NCBI GenBank assembly: GCA_043228905.1
Contig: JBHGNT010000004.1
Coordinates: forward strand, 17,174,001 to 17,238,000
DNA from: Azolla caroliniana
Lineage: Eukaryota > Plantae > Polypodiophyta
Direction of reading: 5' to 3'
DNA length: 64,000 nucleotides
The translations under genes were made by a program, and so were the position numbers. A model generated the notes under the pieces. It saw only the letters and a list, made by a program, of their open reading frames with translations. It did not search any database and was not told where the DNA came from. This document shows positions 1 to 12,398 of the stretch, piece by piece (positions within the stretch are counted from its first letter, which is position 1; each line of letters begins with the position of its first letter).

Positions 1-747
1 CGAAACTAGAAGGTGAGCGATCGAAATCAATCCTCGCCGATAGAAAGTGGTGCGAGACTTGAACTATAACGAAAATGCAGTGCAACCGAGCAATGATCCA
101 ATCCCCACCAGGAAAGTGAGCGGTTGTGACCCCCACCGGAACTGGGAAGGTGAGAGATGGAAAACACTCCTCACCAAAACTATGATGCAAAATGATACCT
201 AAAAATGATGACAACGATGGTTGGGCGAAGAGGTGCTGAAAATGATGATGTTGAAGACAAGGATGTTGATGACGATAACTCCGGAAACAAGGATGGTGAT
301 GATGGTAACTCTAGAAGCAAAGGTGATGACAAAGACGGGTGTTGCTCCCAATTGGAAGGTGTAAAAAGCAACATGTGGAAGCAAGTATGAAGACCGAACA
401 GAAGGAAGGAAACTCAGGTTTAATGGAGAGCTTGAGCCTACACGGTATACGCGAGAGAGACAGAGAGAGTGAGAGAGAAGACACAAAAAACTATATTCAA
501 CAATAATACTCAGTCTGTACATAAGACGTGCTCAATGAACACTTTTATACAAGTCCTAGAAGGACTAACCGAAGTATTGACAGTACTTCAATGCTCATCA
601 AGACCTCCTACACTAACTCCCAAATATATTCCTCACGGAATATCTTTCCTAACGACCTCCGGTTTACGCACTCGGCCTAACCGATCGGTCCCAACCGATC
701 CGGTCCTCGGCTTCTTCAGCCGATCCGGCCGATGTTGAGCTTGTCTC

Positions 748-3700
748 TCAACACTCCCCCTCAAGCTCAACTCGAGGCTCTTCGGGATCCTCAGGCTCAC
801 AGCTCCGGTTCCTTCTGGCTTCACGCCTCGCTCGCACTCCTCGACCTGTTCGACTCCGCGCGCTTCGACCCTTCCGGTCGGCTTGTCTGCTCACGTGGCC
901 CTTATCAGCTCTTCTGTTGTTGCAGTGTTGACGCTTCTCCTGCTGCCTTTTCTTCCGCTTGGCCCTCAGTTGATTCAACGTATCTGAATCAAACATCCAA
1001 ACCGACTCGGCTACCTCCGATCGGTTTTCGCTCTCGTCCGAGTTGGTTGTCTCCAACTCGTCTTCGGTCTTCTCGCCTTCGATGGCGTCATCTTCCCCAT
1101 GCGTGGTTGGCTTCGGCTCTCTCCTTCGGTTGCTCCCCTTCTGTCTGCTTCCGAACTTTTCCGCGGGTCCGCCCTCGGCTTCTTCAGCCGATCCGATGTC
1201 GAACTTGTCAACCGACTCGGTGTCGCGGTGTCTGCTCCTTTCCTGGTGCCTTGCTTGGACTGTTCTCCCCCTCAAGTTCGGCACGTCAAGGTGATGCAAT
1301 CCGAGCGCACCTGAGAATTGCCGCAACTTGTCCAGACCAAGAGGCTTGGTGAAAATGTCGGCAGCCTGCCGATCCGTCGGAACGTACTGAAGTTCGACTT
1401 CACCGGAAAGGACACGCTCACGGACGAAATGGTAGTGCACCTCAATGTGCTTGGTCCGTGCGTGGAAAACGGGGTTCTTCGCGAGCTGGATGCTGTTGAG
1501 GTTGTCGCAGTAGATCATCATCGGATCGCACACCTCCACCTGCAGGGCCTTAAGTAGCCGCTTCAACCATATGGCTTCGCATGTCGCAACAGCCGCTCCT
1601 TGGTACTCAGCTTCGGTGCTCGACAGTGCAACTGTCGGCTGCTTCTTACTGCTCCACGCGATCGCGGCACTCCCGAGGGAGAACGCGTATCCAGACGTGG
1701 ATCGGCGATCGGCGGCGTTGCCAGCCCAATCAGCATCGGTGTAGCTGACTAACTGCGCGGCTGCACCGATCCGATATAGCAGTCCGCGGTCCTTAGTGCC
1801 GCTTACGTACCGCAGTACGCGTTGCGCACACTGAAGGTGCTCCTCGGTAGGTCGCGCCATGAACTGACTGATCACTCCGACCGGATAACTGAGGTCGGGT
1901 CGGGTGATGGTCAAGTATATGAGGCTTCCGACAATTTGTTAGGAACCTCGTCGGGTCGCATACCTTTCCCGTATCGGGACGAAGCTTGACGGTTCTGTCC
2001 AGAGGAGTCGAGACGGACTTACAGTCGGCCATCCCGAATTTGAAGAGCATACTTAGCACATAATGACATTGGCTGATCAATATGCCTTCGGGGGTACGGA
2101 TCACTTCGATCCTGAGGAAGTAATGAAGGTCCCCCAGATCCTTCATGTCGAACGATGCCGCAAGCTGGAGCTTCACGCGGTCGATTTCACCTAGGTCGGC
2201 GCCGGTGATGACCAAGTCATCAACATACAATAAAATACTAACCGGTCTAAGTCGACCTTTCCGGATGAATAGGGAAGAGTCCGATTTTGACGTAACGAAG
2301 CCCAACTGACGCAGTTGTTGCGTGATCTTCGCGTTCCAAGCATGCGGGGCTTGCTTCAGTCCGTAAAGGGACTTCTTCAGTCGGCATATTGCCGAGGAGT
2401 TCGTTCCAGAGTGAAATCCGGGGGGTTGTACCATGTACACCTGTTCCTCAAGGTCACCTTGCAGGAACGCATTCTTTACATCCATCTGATGTAGGTGCCA
2501 CCCCTTGGCCGCGGCTACTGCGAGCAAAACACGGACGGTCGTCATTTTCACGACCGCCGCAAACGTCTCATCGTAGTCGATGTCGTGTTTCTATGCGTAG
2601 CCCTTTGCCACTAGCCGAGCCTTGTACCGGTTGACCGAGCCATCGGTGTTGTACTTGACTTTGTACACCCATCTACACCCGATCAGCTTCACACCCTTCG
2701 GTGCGTCAACCAGGTCCCAGGTCTCATTCTCCGCCAATGCGTGCATCTCTTCCTCCATCACGGCGCGCCAATTCGCGTCTTTAGCCGCTTCTGCGTAGCT
2801 CTCCGGCTCACGCACTTCCGCTACACGGGTCATGTACGCATAATGATGCGCCATGTACTCGTTGTATCCGAACCGCAAAACAGGATTCTTCTGGCGGGTA
2901 AATCGGCGTAATCTCACATCAGCCGATGTCGAGGCCTTCTCGGTCGACGCGGTCTTCATCTTTAAAGACCCGTCACCAGTTCCCTCGGAGTCAGACTCGC
3001 GTCGGTCTGACTCGTTCCTTTCCATGCCGGAATCCGACACCTTCTTCTTCCCTTTCTCTTTGCGCATAAGCCGTCTCCTCGGCTTCCTGCGCGGGGAATG
3101 CACGGCCGAGTCTCCACTACTCGCCGGCTTTTCTTCGGACTGGTCGTACCGATTCAGTCGTCCAATCGGTCCACTTAACCGGAGTGAAATCGGACTCTCT
3201 TTGCGGGTCTCGATTTCGGGCTCATCCGGAGGCATCTCGGCCTCGCTGACCTCATCGTCAGAGCTCGTATTGGAGTCGAGGTTCGTAGTCGGGGGCAGGT
3301 ACTAGGACGCGGACTCGTCAAACACAACGTCGCGGCTGACACGCGCTTGTTTGGTGCGAGGGTTATAACACTTATAACCCTTCTGCTCGTCCGAGTAACA
3401 GACCAAGATGCATTTCTTAGCCTTTGCGTCCAGCTTCCTCCTTTTCTCCTTCGGTATATGCACATACGCAATGCTACCGAACACCCTCAAGTGTCGCAAG
3501 TTCGGCTTCGTTCCGAAATATAGCTCGTGCGCCGACACTTTGTCTCCAATCCAGTTCCGGATGTATACCGCAGTCCTTACCGCCTCGGCCCAGTAGAACT
3601 TGGGCAAGCTCTTCTCCTCCAGCATTGCCCGTGCCGCTTCCACAACTGACCGATTCTTTCTCTCGGCCACGCCGTTCTGTTCTAGCGTGTGTCTACAACT

Positions 3701-5463
3701 AAATTCGCGGCGAATTCCCAGTTGTTGTAGGTAACCGTTAAATTGACCGGAAAAGTACTCTTTCCCGCCATCCGACCGCAAGCACTTGATCTTTCGTCCT
3801 GTTTCGGCTTCCACGAACCCTTTGAGGTCCCAGAAATAGTCGAAGACTTTGCTCTTCCTCTCAATGAGGTAGATCCACGTGTGCCGCATGTGGTCGTCAA
3901 TGAAGGAGACGAAATATCGGCTCCCGCCAAGACTAACGTTTTGTGTCGGTCCCCATACATCAGAGTGTATAAGGTCGAGCTTATTCTAGCTCCGGTTCCG
4001 CTCGTTGGGGAAAGGAAGTCGGTGTTGCTTCCTGAGCTGGCAAGCTTCACAAACTTGGGCAATCCGAACACTACCTATTTCGATTGCAGATCTTGAAGCC
4101 GTTGGTGGTTGACGTGGCCTATCCGCTTGTGCCACAAGTCGATGTCCGACTCGGTCTTTTGTCCCTTCGCGAACATTGCGGTGCCGCCGTCAGTGGAGTC
4201 GAGGATGAACATCCTCCCGTCTCTGCGCCCTTGCGCAATCACATGGCCTTCTTCCTCAATGAAGCACCCGAGGTGTGTAAACCGAACCTCCATCCCTTGG
4301 TCGACGATCTGTCCGACCGAGACCAAGTTCTTCGTGATTGTCGGAACGTGCAGCACGTTCATGAGTTTCCCTTTCTGCCCGACATGGCTAAGGGGAACTT
4401 CTCCGACATTTGCGATCGGATGCGGAGTGTCGTCTCCAGTTGCGTCTACTCCAGGTTGTATCGGTTTTTCAAGGTACGAGAACCACTCCTTATGGCTCGT
4501 CATGTGGTTTGACGCACCGGAGTCTACGTACCACACCTCGTCCGATCTCGGGGTGCTCTATTTCATTGAGTTTGCTTCGTGTCTCGTCACGAAGACAGAC
4601 CCTTCTCCAACTCTCCCAGAGTCTTGGGCGTAGTGTGATCGCTGCCAATTTCCCTTGTCAGTATGTCCGGAGCTGTTTCCGGAACCGGTTCTCTCAGTAC
4701 TCACTTTCCCTGTGGCCTTTCTTGCCACAGTACCAGCACTTGGCGATGGCCTTCCCTTGCCAGTTCTCATCGCTTCGACTCCCCCTGTTTCCGGAGGGTC
4801 CGGAGTTGCTGTCGGCATCACTTCGGTGCCATCTTCCTTGATCTCGTCGGCCGCTTCCATTGCGTACCGACTCGCCTCGTCCGCCACGACCACGGGGCCT
4901 TTCTCCTCTACCAGGAGCATCGACTGTAAGTCGAAAAAGGACGGCGTATTCTCTCGGGTACACACAGCCGATCGGAACGCTCCGAACTTCGACGCCAAAC
5001 CTCCGAGACAGATCTGGACCATCTCGTTCTCCTCGATGTTCACCTCTATGGAGGCGAGGGAGTCGCAAATATCCTTGATCTTCGAGGTATAGTCCGCCAC
5101 CGACAAGTCGCGTTGTCGTAGGTTGCTCAACTCCTGTCAGAGCTGAAGCTTCCTAGCTATGGTGCTCGCGGCGAAAATCTTCTTCAGATTTTCCCACGCA
5201 CCCTTCGGCGTCTTTGCATCCCGAACATAGCTCAATAGCTGTTCGCCCACACACGACGCGAAGCAATACAATACCCTGCTCGCTGATTGCTCCCACGACG
5301 GGAAGTCTCTGTGTGTCGATTCGGGTGCCGCGTCATTAGCTCCTTCGACATAACTCCAGTAGCCGTGCCCGAGCAGGTACTGGTGCATCTTGTAGGACCA
5401 AGACGCGTAGTTGGTTCTGTCGAGCTTCTCTGTTGGAAGCGAGCTGGCCATGCCTCTATCCAT
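748..5463 (-). pseudogene. Copia gag-pol broken by stops and frameshifts
   Basis: Gag KLDRTNYASW; zinc knuckle CWYCGKKGH; protease WYVDSGASNHM; integrase LRSDGGKEY and EQNGVAERKNR; RT QMDVKNAFLQG and LLYVDD; RNase H DADWAG and RTKHIEVHYHF. Motifs are spread over several ORFs. Confidence 0.95.
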
Positions 5464-5523
5464 CGTTCTTCTTGTTCTTCTACGTCAAGCTGTGTCGGCT
5501 GCAGAGAGGTTCTCAACCCTCGT

Positions 5524-5535
5524 GCTCTGATACCA
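5524..5535 (-). other. PBS complementary to initiator tRNA-Met
   Basis: GCTCTGATACCA on plus (TGGTATCAGAGC on minus), abutting the 5' LTR. Confidence 0.95.
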
Positions 5536-6313
5536 TGTAAAAAGCAACGTGCGGAAGCAAGTATGAAGACCGAACAGAAGGAAGGAAACTCAGGTTTAAT
5601 GGAGAGCTTCAGCCTACACGGTATACGCGGGAGAGACAGAGAGAGTGAGAGAGAAGACACAAAAAACTATATTCAACAATAATACTCAGTCTGCACATAA
5701 GACGTGCTCAGTGAACACTTTTATACAAGTCCTAGAAGGACTAACCGAAGTACTTACAGTACTTCAATGCTCATCAAGACCTCCTACACTAACTCCCAAA
5801 TATATTCCTCACGGAATATCTTTCCTAACGACCTCCCGGTTTACGCACTCGGCCTAACCGATCGGTCCCAACCGATCCGGTCCTCGGCTTCTTCAGCCGA
5901 TCCGGCCGATGTTGAGCTTGTCTCTCAATAGAAGGGATTCAAATTGTCACAGACACACCAAGCGCAGACTAGGATGGAGCACAGATGATGGGGCTACGAG
6001 CGATGGATGAACTTGGAGCTAGATGTGACGAGGCTAGGAACTCTAGATGTTGTGAGCGACATGAGAGCATGAGGACAAAGAGATAGAAGTGACAAGGCTA
6101 GAAACGAGACAAAGATAAAGATAAATGAGACAATACCGGGCGAAACGAGAATACTAGATTGATGTGTCAATGACTAGTGTTGAATCCCTTCAAAGGGTCC
6201 AAGGATATTACAAGTATTTATACAATTTCCAAGATTGAATATCTCGAGAATATACTCGAGAATATACCCATTTACAATATACCACAGAATAATTCTAGAA
6301 TATATTAACGACT

Positions 6314-6328
6314 AGAATATTCTTGAAT
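6314..6328. promoter_or_regulatory. Three-unit heat-shock element (HSE) in LTR U3
   Basis: aGAAtaTTCttGAAt matches nGAAnnTTCnnGAAn. Further degenerate GAA/TTC units lie at 6237-6300, upstream of the minus-strand TATA. Confidence 0.5.
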
Positions 6329-6908
6329 GTACTATACATTAGACTCTACAATATATACAAGTTCACAATCGAATTTGGATAGTTCACAAAAGTTTTCATA
6401 TGGTTAACACAACACAACGTACTATGTGTGTTAAAAGTCAAAGGTTCGGGTCTAGAATGTGACACCATGCAAGAATAACTCGGAGCTCTTGGGAAGAACA
6501 AAACTTGGGAGATTGTGTCACTACCACCAGGAAAGAAGGCGGTTGGGTGCAAATGGGTGCTTACAATAAAACAGACCCCAAAGGGAAAAATAGATCGATA
6601 AAGCACAATTGGTGGGTAAGGGATATAGTCTGACATATGGTGTTGATTACAATGAGACTTTTGCAACTATAGCGAAGATGAGCACTGTTAGAATGCTTAT
6701 TTCCTTAGCAGTGAATAAGGATTCGAAATTACATCAGTTAGATGTAAAAAATGCATTCCTTCATGGAGAGTTGATGGAGGAAGTGTACATGGATATCCCC
6801 TCAGGTTTTGGTACAATTCAAATTGTAGGTAACGTTTGTAGACTAAGGAAGTCACTTTATGGACTAATTAAAAGCAATCTCCTCGAGCCTAGTTCGACAA
6901 GTTAAGAA

Positions 6909-8132
6909 TGTTAGGAATATGTCCATCCTATGGGAGGAGCTAACTGTTCGGTTGAGTAAGAGCCGACAGTCGAAGACCAGGAGTAGCCAACTAGTCGGGT
7001 TGAGAGCCGACTGTTCGAACCAACAGTTGAAGACAAGGAGGAGCCGATTGTTCGAACCGATAGTCGAAGACAAGGGGTAGCCGACTGATCGGTGTTTATC
7101 CTAGGCTGGACTAGCCACAAACACATGGTGTCCTTCCGGAACACTTCACCAAACGGTGGTTAAGGGAATGATGTTATCCGACACAAATCTGATTGTAATC
7201 GGACTGATTCCGGATACATTCCAGATTCGTAATAAGCAACTATTTTATTAAAACACACGTAAGATAGAGAATGAAAGCACATCACGACAAATAGACAAGG
7301 GACACAATAATCTTAAATCAAAACTCGAACTTGTATTTCTTTGGCTATTCATTACATCGATTCCCGAATCCTTTTATAGACATCCGGTTAGAAATACAAA
7401 ATGTTGCCTTACCAACTACCAGATCGGTACAACTATTCCGGATCCGTCCATTCCTATAATATTCCTAATTACTAGTTAATCTAATTATCATATCCGACTC
7501 GTCCCTTTTCACATATATTCCTCCGGATCAGACTCCGGCCAACAATCGGGTTGAGAGAGGATAGTTGATGACAAGGAGGAGTCGACATGGAGATTCAACA
7601 ATATATATGTGATCCAAGTCGAAGACACAAACGACTCATCGGGCCGACCAGATGGTCGATGACAAGGTCGACTAGTCGGGCCGACTGGACAGTCAACACT
7701 GGAATCGGCTAGTCGAATCAACTAGTCAACCAGTTAGCTAATTAGCGATTGTTTTTATTATATAACAGTAATAACATACATATTTGTAAATAGCCCATAA
7801 AGTGTATAAGTATAAATACACTTAGGACAAACACATGATGTAGAATAGAAAGTGTAGAACTTAGTGAAGTGTTGTAGTGTAAGTTTAGTGAGAGTGCATG
7901 AGAGAAAGTGGCGACGGAGTTCAACGAACTTGCCAAGAACCCTAAGTGGCTATCCGCTGAGATTCAGAGAAGTGTTGTAACCGTTTTCTGAATAGTGGAT
8001 CTCTATTCTTGTGGTTTTCCCCATTTAGGGTTTCCACGTAAAATTGTGTATCTTGTTCATTTTTTGTTGTTTCTATTCCGAGTTGTGTATTTCTGCATAT
8101 CTTTCTCACAGATATTTGATTTAGCTCCTTCA
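6909..8132 (+). mobile_element. Solo LTR of a Tork/Tnt1-like copia family, itself containing another solo LTR
   Basis: TGTTAGG...CCTTCA with TSD AAGAA (6904-6908, 8133-8137). Removing it restores the RT reading FDKLRRAMVGIGY. Similar to the LTR at 10151-10781. Confidence 0.92.
7093..7544 (-). mobile_element. Solo LTR (452 bp) nested in a solo LTR
   Basis: TGTT...AACA termini; TSD ATCGG (7088-7092, 7545-7549); minus-strand TATAAAAG near 7372-7379. Confidence 0.9.
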
Positions 8133-9348
8133 AAGAAGGGCTATGGTGGGTATAGGATACCAACAAACGAATGCATACCATACAATGTTTTTTCGACAAC
8201 ACAAGGAGCATACTACATTACTTGCTATGTATGTGGATGATATAATTATCATGGGTAACAATGAAGGAGAAATTGCCCAACTGAAGGTGCAATTGGGTAA
8301 AGAGTTTGAGGTAAAAGATTTAGGATTGCTACGATACTTTCTTGGAATTGAGGTAGCTCGTGGAGCAGAAGGAGTTGTTCTATCTCAACGAAAATATGTA
8401 TTAGATCTTCTCACAGAAACTGGAATGTTGGGTTGTAGGCTCGTAGCTTCTCCAATCAACCAAAAGATCAAGCTAACTAAACTTGAGGAGAGAAAGTTGA
8501 TAGTGAAAGGTATCAAAGATGGGTAGGTTGGCTGATTTATTTGACTCACACCTGTCCAGATATTTCATTTGCAGTAAGTGTGGTAAGTCGCAAATTACAT
8601 GCATGATCCGATGAAAGATCATATGGATATAGTATACCATATTCTGAGATATCTCAAAGGTGCCCCGGGGAAGGGATTGATATTTAGAAAACATGGTCAT
8701 TTTAACATTGAGGGCTATTATGATTTTGATTGGGCCAATTGTGTTGATGATAGGAAATCCACATCAGGATACTACATGTTTGTTGGGGGTAATCTGGTCT
8801 CTGGAAGAGTAAGAAACAGTCAGTAATAGCAAGGTCAACAGTCGAAGCACAGTATAGAGCTATTGTTGTAGGAGTTGCGAAGATGTTATGGCTAAGAACT
8901 CTCCTAGTAAAACCAAAGGTGAATCAAGAAAATCAGATGATGTTGTGGTGTGACAATAAGTCAACAATCAGTATTGCCAACAATCCGGTACAACATGATA
9001 GGACCAAGCACATCAAAATCAACACATTCTTTATCAAGGAGAAGCTTGATAATGGAATATTAAAATTGCGTCATGTTTTTATTGGACATCAAGTAGCAGA
9101 TTGTCTTACAACGGGACTTGGGCCAGTAAGTCTTACTAGATTGTGTGACAAGATGGGCTTAGTGAATATTTTTTCGCCCATCTTGATGGGGAGCATGATT
9201 AAAAGTTATAATTGTTAGTTAGCTCCAACAGCTAGTTAGCCCAACGGCCAGATCTTGGCCTTTATAAAGAGGAACTTTCTCCTCATGTAAATATGAGTGA
9301 TCCATGTATTTTCTCCCTCATGTATGTGCCTTCTCATTTTTCTATTCA

Positions 9349-10781
9349 AAGATCTTGGAAAGATTCAACATGTCAGAAGCAAAGTCAGTCGGTTTTGTGT
9401 TGCTGACAAACTACAAGTTGAATGCCAAGAAATGCCCCAAAGGGGAGAAGGAAAAGGCCGAGATGAGGAAAGTACCATATGCCTCGGTCGTCGGCAGTTT
9501 AATGTATGTTATGGTTTGGACGAGTCCAGACATAGCATTTGTTGTAAGAGTAGTAAGCCGATACATGAGTAATCCAGGAAAAGAACACTAGGCAGCAATC
9601 AAGTGGATACTCATGTACTTGAAAGGCACCTCGGGGTTGTGCCTCAGGTATGGTGTCAGAAAACCTATGATCGAAGGGTTTACCAACTCAGACATATCAG
9701 GGGATGTAGACTCAAGCTGATCCACATCTGGTTATGTGATGACCTATGCAGGGGGAGCAGTGTCGTGGCAGTCAAGATTGCAGAAGTATGTGGCCTTTTC
9801 GACCATAGAGTATATGGCCGCGGTAGAAGCCGGCAAGGAGCTTATATGGATGAGAAATTTTCTCAGTGAGTTGGGAATAAAGCAAAGAGAATTCTTACTT
9901 CATTGTGTCAGAGTGCCATACACCTAGCCAAGAACATTGTGTATCACTCTTGAACCAAACACATATAGAGGAGATATCACTAGTTGTGAGATAAAGTGGA
10001 TGAAGGAGAGTTTACCATTGTGAAGATCCATACTAACAATAATGGATTTGACATACTCACGAAGAACCTACCTATGGACAGACTCAAGGCCTGTCGACAA
10101 AAGACCGAAATGATCAACTCCTCCCCATACTAGGAGTGAAAGGGGGAGTATGTTAGAAATATGTCCCTCCAATGAGAGGAGCCGACTTGTGAGGCCAAGG
10201 AGGGGACCGACAATCGAAGACAAGGAATAACCGACTAATCGGGCCAAGGAGGAGCAGAGAGTCGATGATGAAGAAAGAGTCGACATGGAGAGTCGACAAA
10301 ACAAGGAAATAGATAATGCATGTTGAAGACAAGACTGACTAGTCAAGCCAATCAGATAGTCGATATAGGAGTCGGCTAGTCGAATTGATTAGTTGACTGA
10401 TTAACAGAGTACTATTATTATTGATAATAGTAATAACATCTATATTTGTAAATAGCCCATATTGTGTATTAGTATAAATAAACCTAGGGCAAACATACTG
10501 AGATGTAGAAACGTGAGAGCAATTGAGTGAGCGGCGTCATAGTTGTGTGAGACTAGACGCCAAGAGCCATGCGTGGCTGATACACTCTTTACCAAGAGAG
10601 TGTTGTAACCCATTCATCCTTGTATGTCTCTGTTATAGTAGTGATTCTCTATTGCCCGTGGTTTTCCCCTTGTTTAGGGTTTCCACATAAAATACTGTGT
10701 ACTGTGTGTTTTGTTGTTTTTCTATTTCGTATCTTCATTTCAGTCTATCTTTCGTGTGCATTCGTGGTCCATTTCTCTTCA
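9349..10781 (+). mobile_element. 3' end of a degenerate Tork/Tnt1-like copia: RT C-terminus, RNase H, PPT and 3' LTR
   Basis: KILERFNMS, VPYASVVGSLMY, SNPGKEH and GGAVSWQSRLQ motifs. PPT AAAGGGGGAG at about 10139-10148. LTR 10151-10781 (TGTTAG..CTTCA). Confidence 0.88.
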
Positions 10782-11881
10782 ATCATTCTATACTTTGCAG
10801 TAAGTTAGGCATGGTGGTGTTTATTTCTTTTGTAATGAAAGCCATTATTTATGAGAAAAGAGAGAGAGGGAGAGATAGATGGATGGATGGATGGGTAGAT
10901 TATATTATCATCTTCGAGGTCAAATATAACCTATGAGACCAAAAAAATTACATTTCACGTGATACGTGTCAAAGTGAGTAGTCGCGACTCTCGATGTTCA
11001 AGAACTTTACCCATGAATGTTGCAATGGAGAGTGCACATTGTGACTGTGAGAGAAATTCGTGCAAGGATTGGGCTTGGTCGACGATGTGTTGAAAGCATG
11101 GTCGAATATTATTAAAGGCAGAGACAGAGACAGGAGAAAGAGAGAGAGAGAGAGAGAGTCTTGAACTTTAAAAAATTGTCTTGAATTTGACATGTGATCC
11201 TAGAGAGAGAGAGAGAGATAAATAGATAGATAGATTATATTATCGTTTTCGGAGGTCAAATATGACCTATGAGACCCCATGCAACATTTTACAATGGATT
11301 TGGTCATGGCATTCCATGCCAATTTATTCACAATAACCACACTATTAGGTTTATGGGGTAGATCTTCTACGAGAGAATTCCTAAATAACTATTATCCATA
11401 CATACTAGGAGGGATGGGGGTATTAATCTGCGCCTTGGCATTCATTCATAGTGCCCCCAATTTAGTCAATAAATGGTGGGGCTGATTCAGGTCGGAGGGT
11501 GGTCCCCAAGTGTGACATACATAACGGAAGGTGGAAGGAAGTATGCAATGAACGGAATACATGTCCCGGCCATCCACTCTAGAAAGACTCGTATTCCATC
11601 ATATACATACATGCATGTATATATACATTTTATACATACATGCATGCACTCACATATTGGGCATTCTCTAGGTTGTTGACTTTCATTTGTATACATTCCA
11701 TTGCACCTTCACATCACCATCCTTTTTTTGAGTCAGGGTGTATAAGAACTATTTTATGTATTCATTGGTGATCCTTTGCTTCAAAAACAATTATAATTTA
11801 TTTCTCCCCATGACAAACAAAAATTCCATGAAGTGATCCTTCCTCCTTCCTCTCATTATTATACCCTTTCATTACAAAGAT

Positions 11882-11886
<5 letters not shown>

Positions 11887-11934
<48 letters not shown>

Positions 11935-11947
11935 CACACACACACAC
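11887..11947. repeat. (CT)n-(CA)n microsatellite upstream of the MYB-CC gene
   Basis: Read directly from the sequence; further (GA)n at 12292-12318 and (CA)n at 12511-12534. Confidence 0.9.
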
Positions 11948-12398
11948 CCATTGCATTGCATTCCAAATTATTGCATAATAACTTCTCTAATCACAACCTT
12001 ACCTTAAGGAAACATATTCTTCCCTTCTCTATGAAGCCTCCATTGATCTGAACAAATTTAACATAACCACTTTACTTGTGCGTTAATTACCAGAAAATCA
12101 GAGGAAAAAGGTCGAATCAATTCTTGAGCTCTTTATCATATGACCCAATCTTTCTCCTTGCAATCATTAATTGAATTGAAATTCCGTTTTTTTTTTCTGT
12201 TTGCTTTGTCTCATTGATCGATTTGGAGACAATATGAAGAAAGAGTCAAGAATTGGGTCATTTTGTAATGACTGGATTTAGTCATGGATTGGAGAGAGAG
12301 AGAGAGAGAGAGAGAGAGCATAAGATGAGCAATAAAGGTGATATGTGATTTTGCAGAGAGGTAATCAAAGATCAGAGAATGAAAGTAACTTAGGAAGG

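Larger units (their letters stand above)
360..5930 (-). mobile_element. Full-length but defective Ty1/copia LTR retrotransposon
   Basis: LTRs at 360-753 and 5536-5930 differ by about 9 substitutions and 1 indel by eye. 5-bp TSD GAAGG (355-359, 5931-5935). PBS TGGTATCAGAGC (5524-5535) and PPT at 754-765. Domain order gag-PR-IN-RT-RH. Confidence 0.97.
1..6464 (-). mobile_element. LTR (and possibly 5' leader) of an unclassified, probably gypsy-like, element; split by the copia at 360-5930 and extending beyond the left window edge
   Basis: Ends in ...TCTAGAATGTGACA (TGTCACA on minus) directly against an unrelated copia RT at 6465. Minus-strand TATAAATA near 6215-6222. Segments 1-359 and 5931-6464 are joined by the GAAGG TSD. 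Confidence 0.55.
6465..9348 (+). mobile_element. 3' half of a degenerate copia (Ale/Retrofit-like): RT-RNase H, PPT and short 3' LTR
   Basis: KTWEIVSLPPGKKAVGCKWV, LHQLDVKNAFLHG, MYVDDIII and HDRTKHI motifs. PPT-like CTTGATGGGGAG at about 9182-9193. LTR of about 150 bp (about 9196-9348, TG..TTCA). RT is interrupted by a solo LTR at 6909. Confidence 0.85.

Noticed and set aside
6248-6322. P1BS (GNATATNC) cluster as an autoregulatory site for the PHR-like gene
   Set aside because: About 6 kb away inside nested TEs, and explained equally well as overlapping HSE-type GAAtaTTC units.
10860-11277. Two ~70-bp direct repeats next to GA/GATA microsatellites as a mobile element
   Set aside because: No terminal structure, TSD or coding capacity found; most likely an old local duplication.
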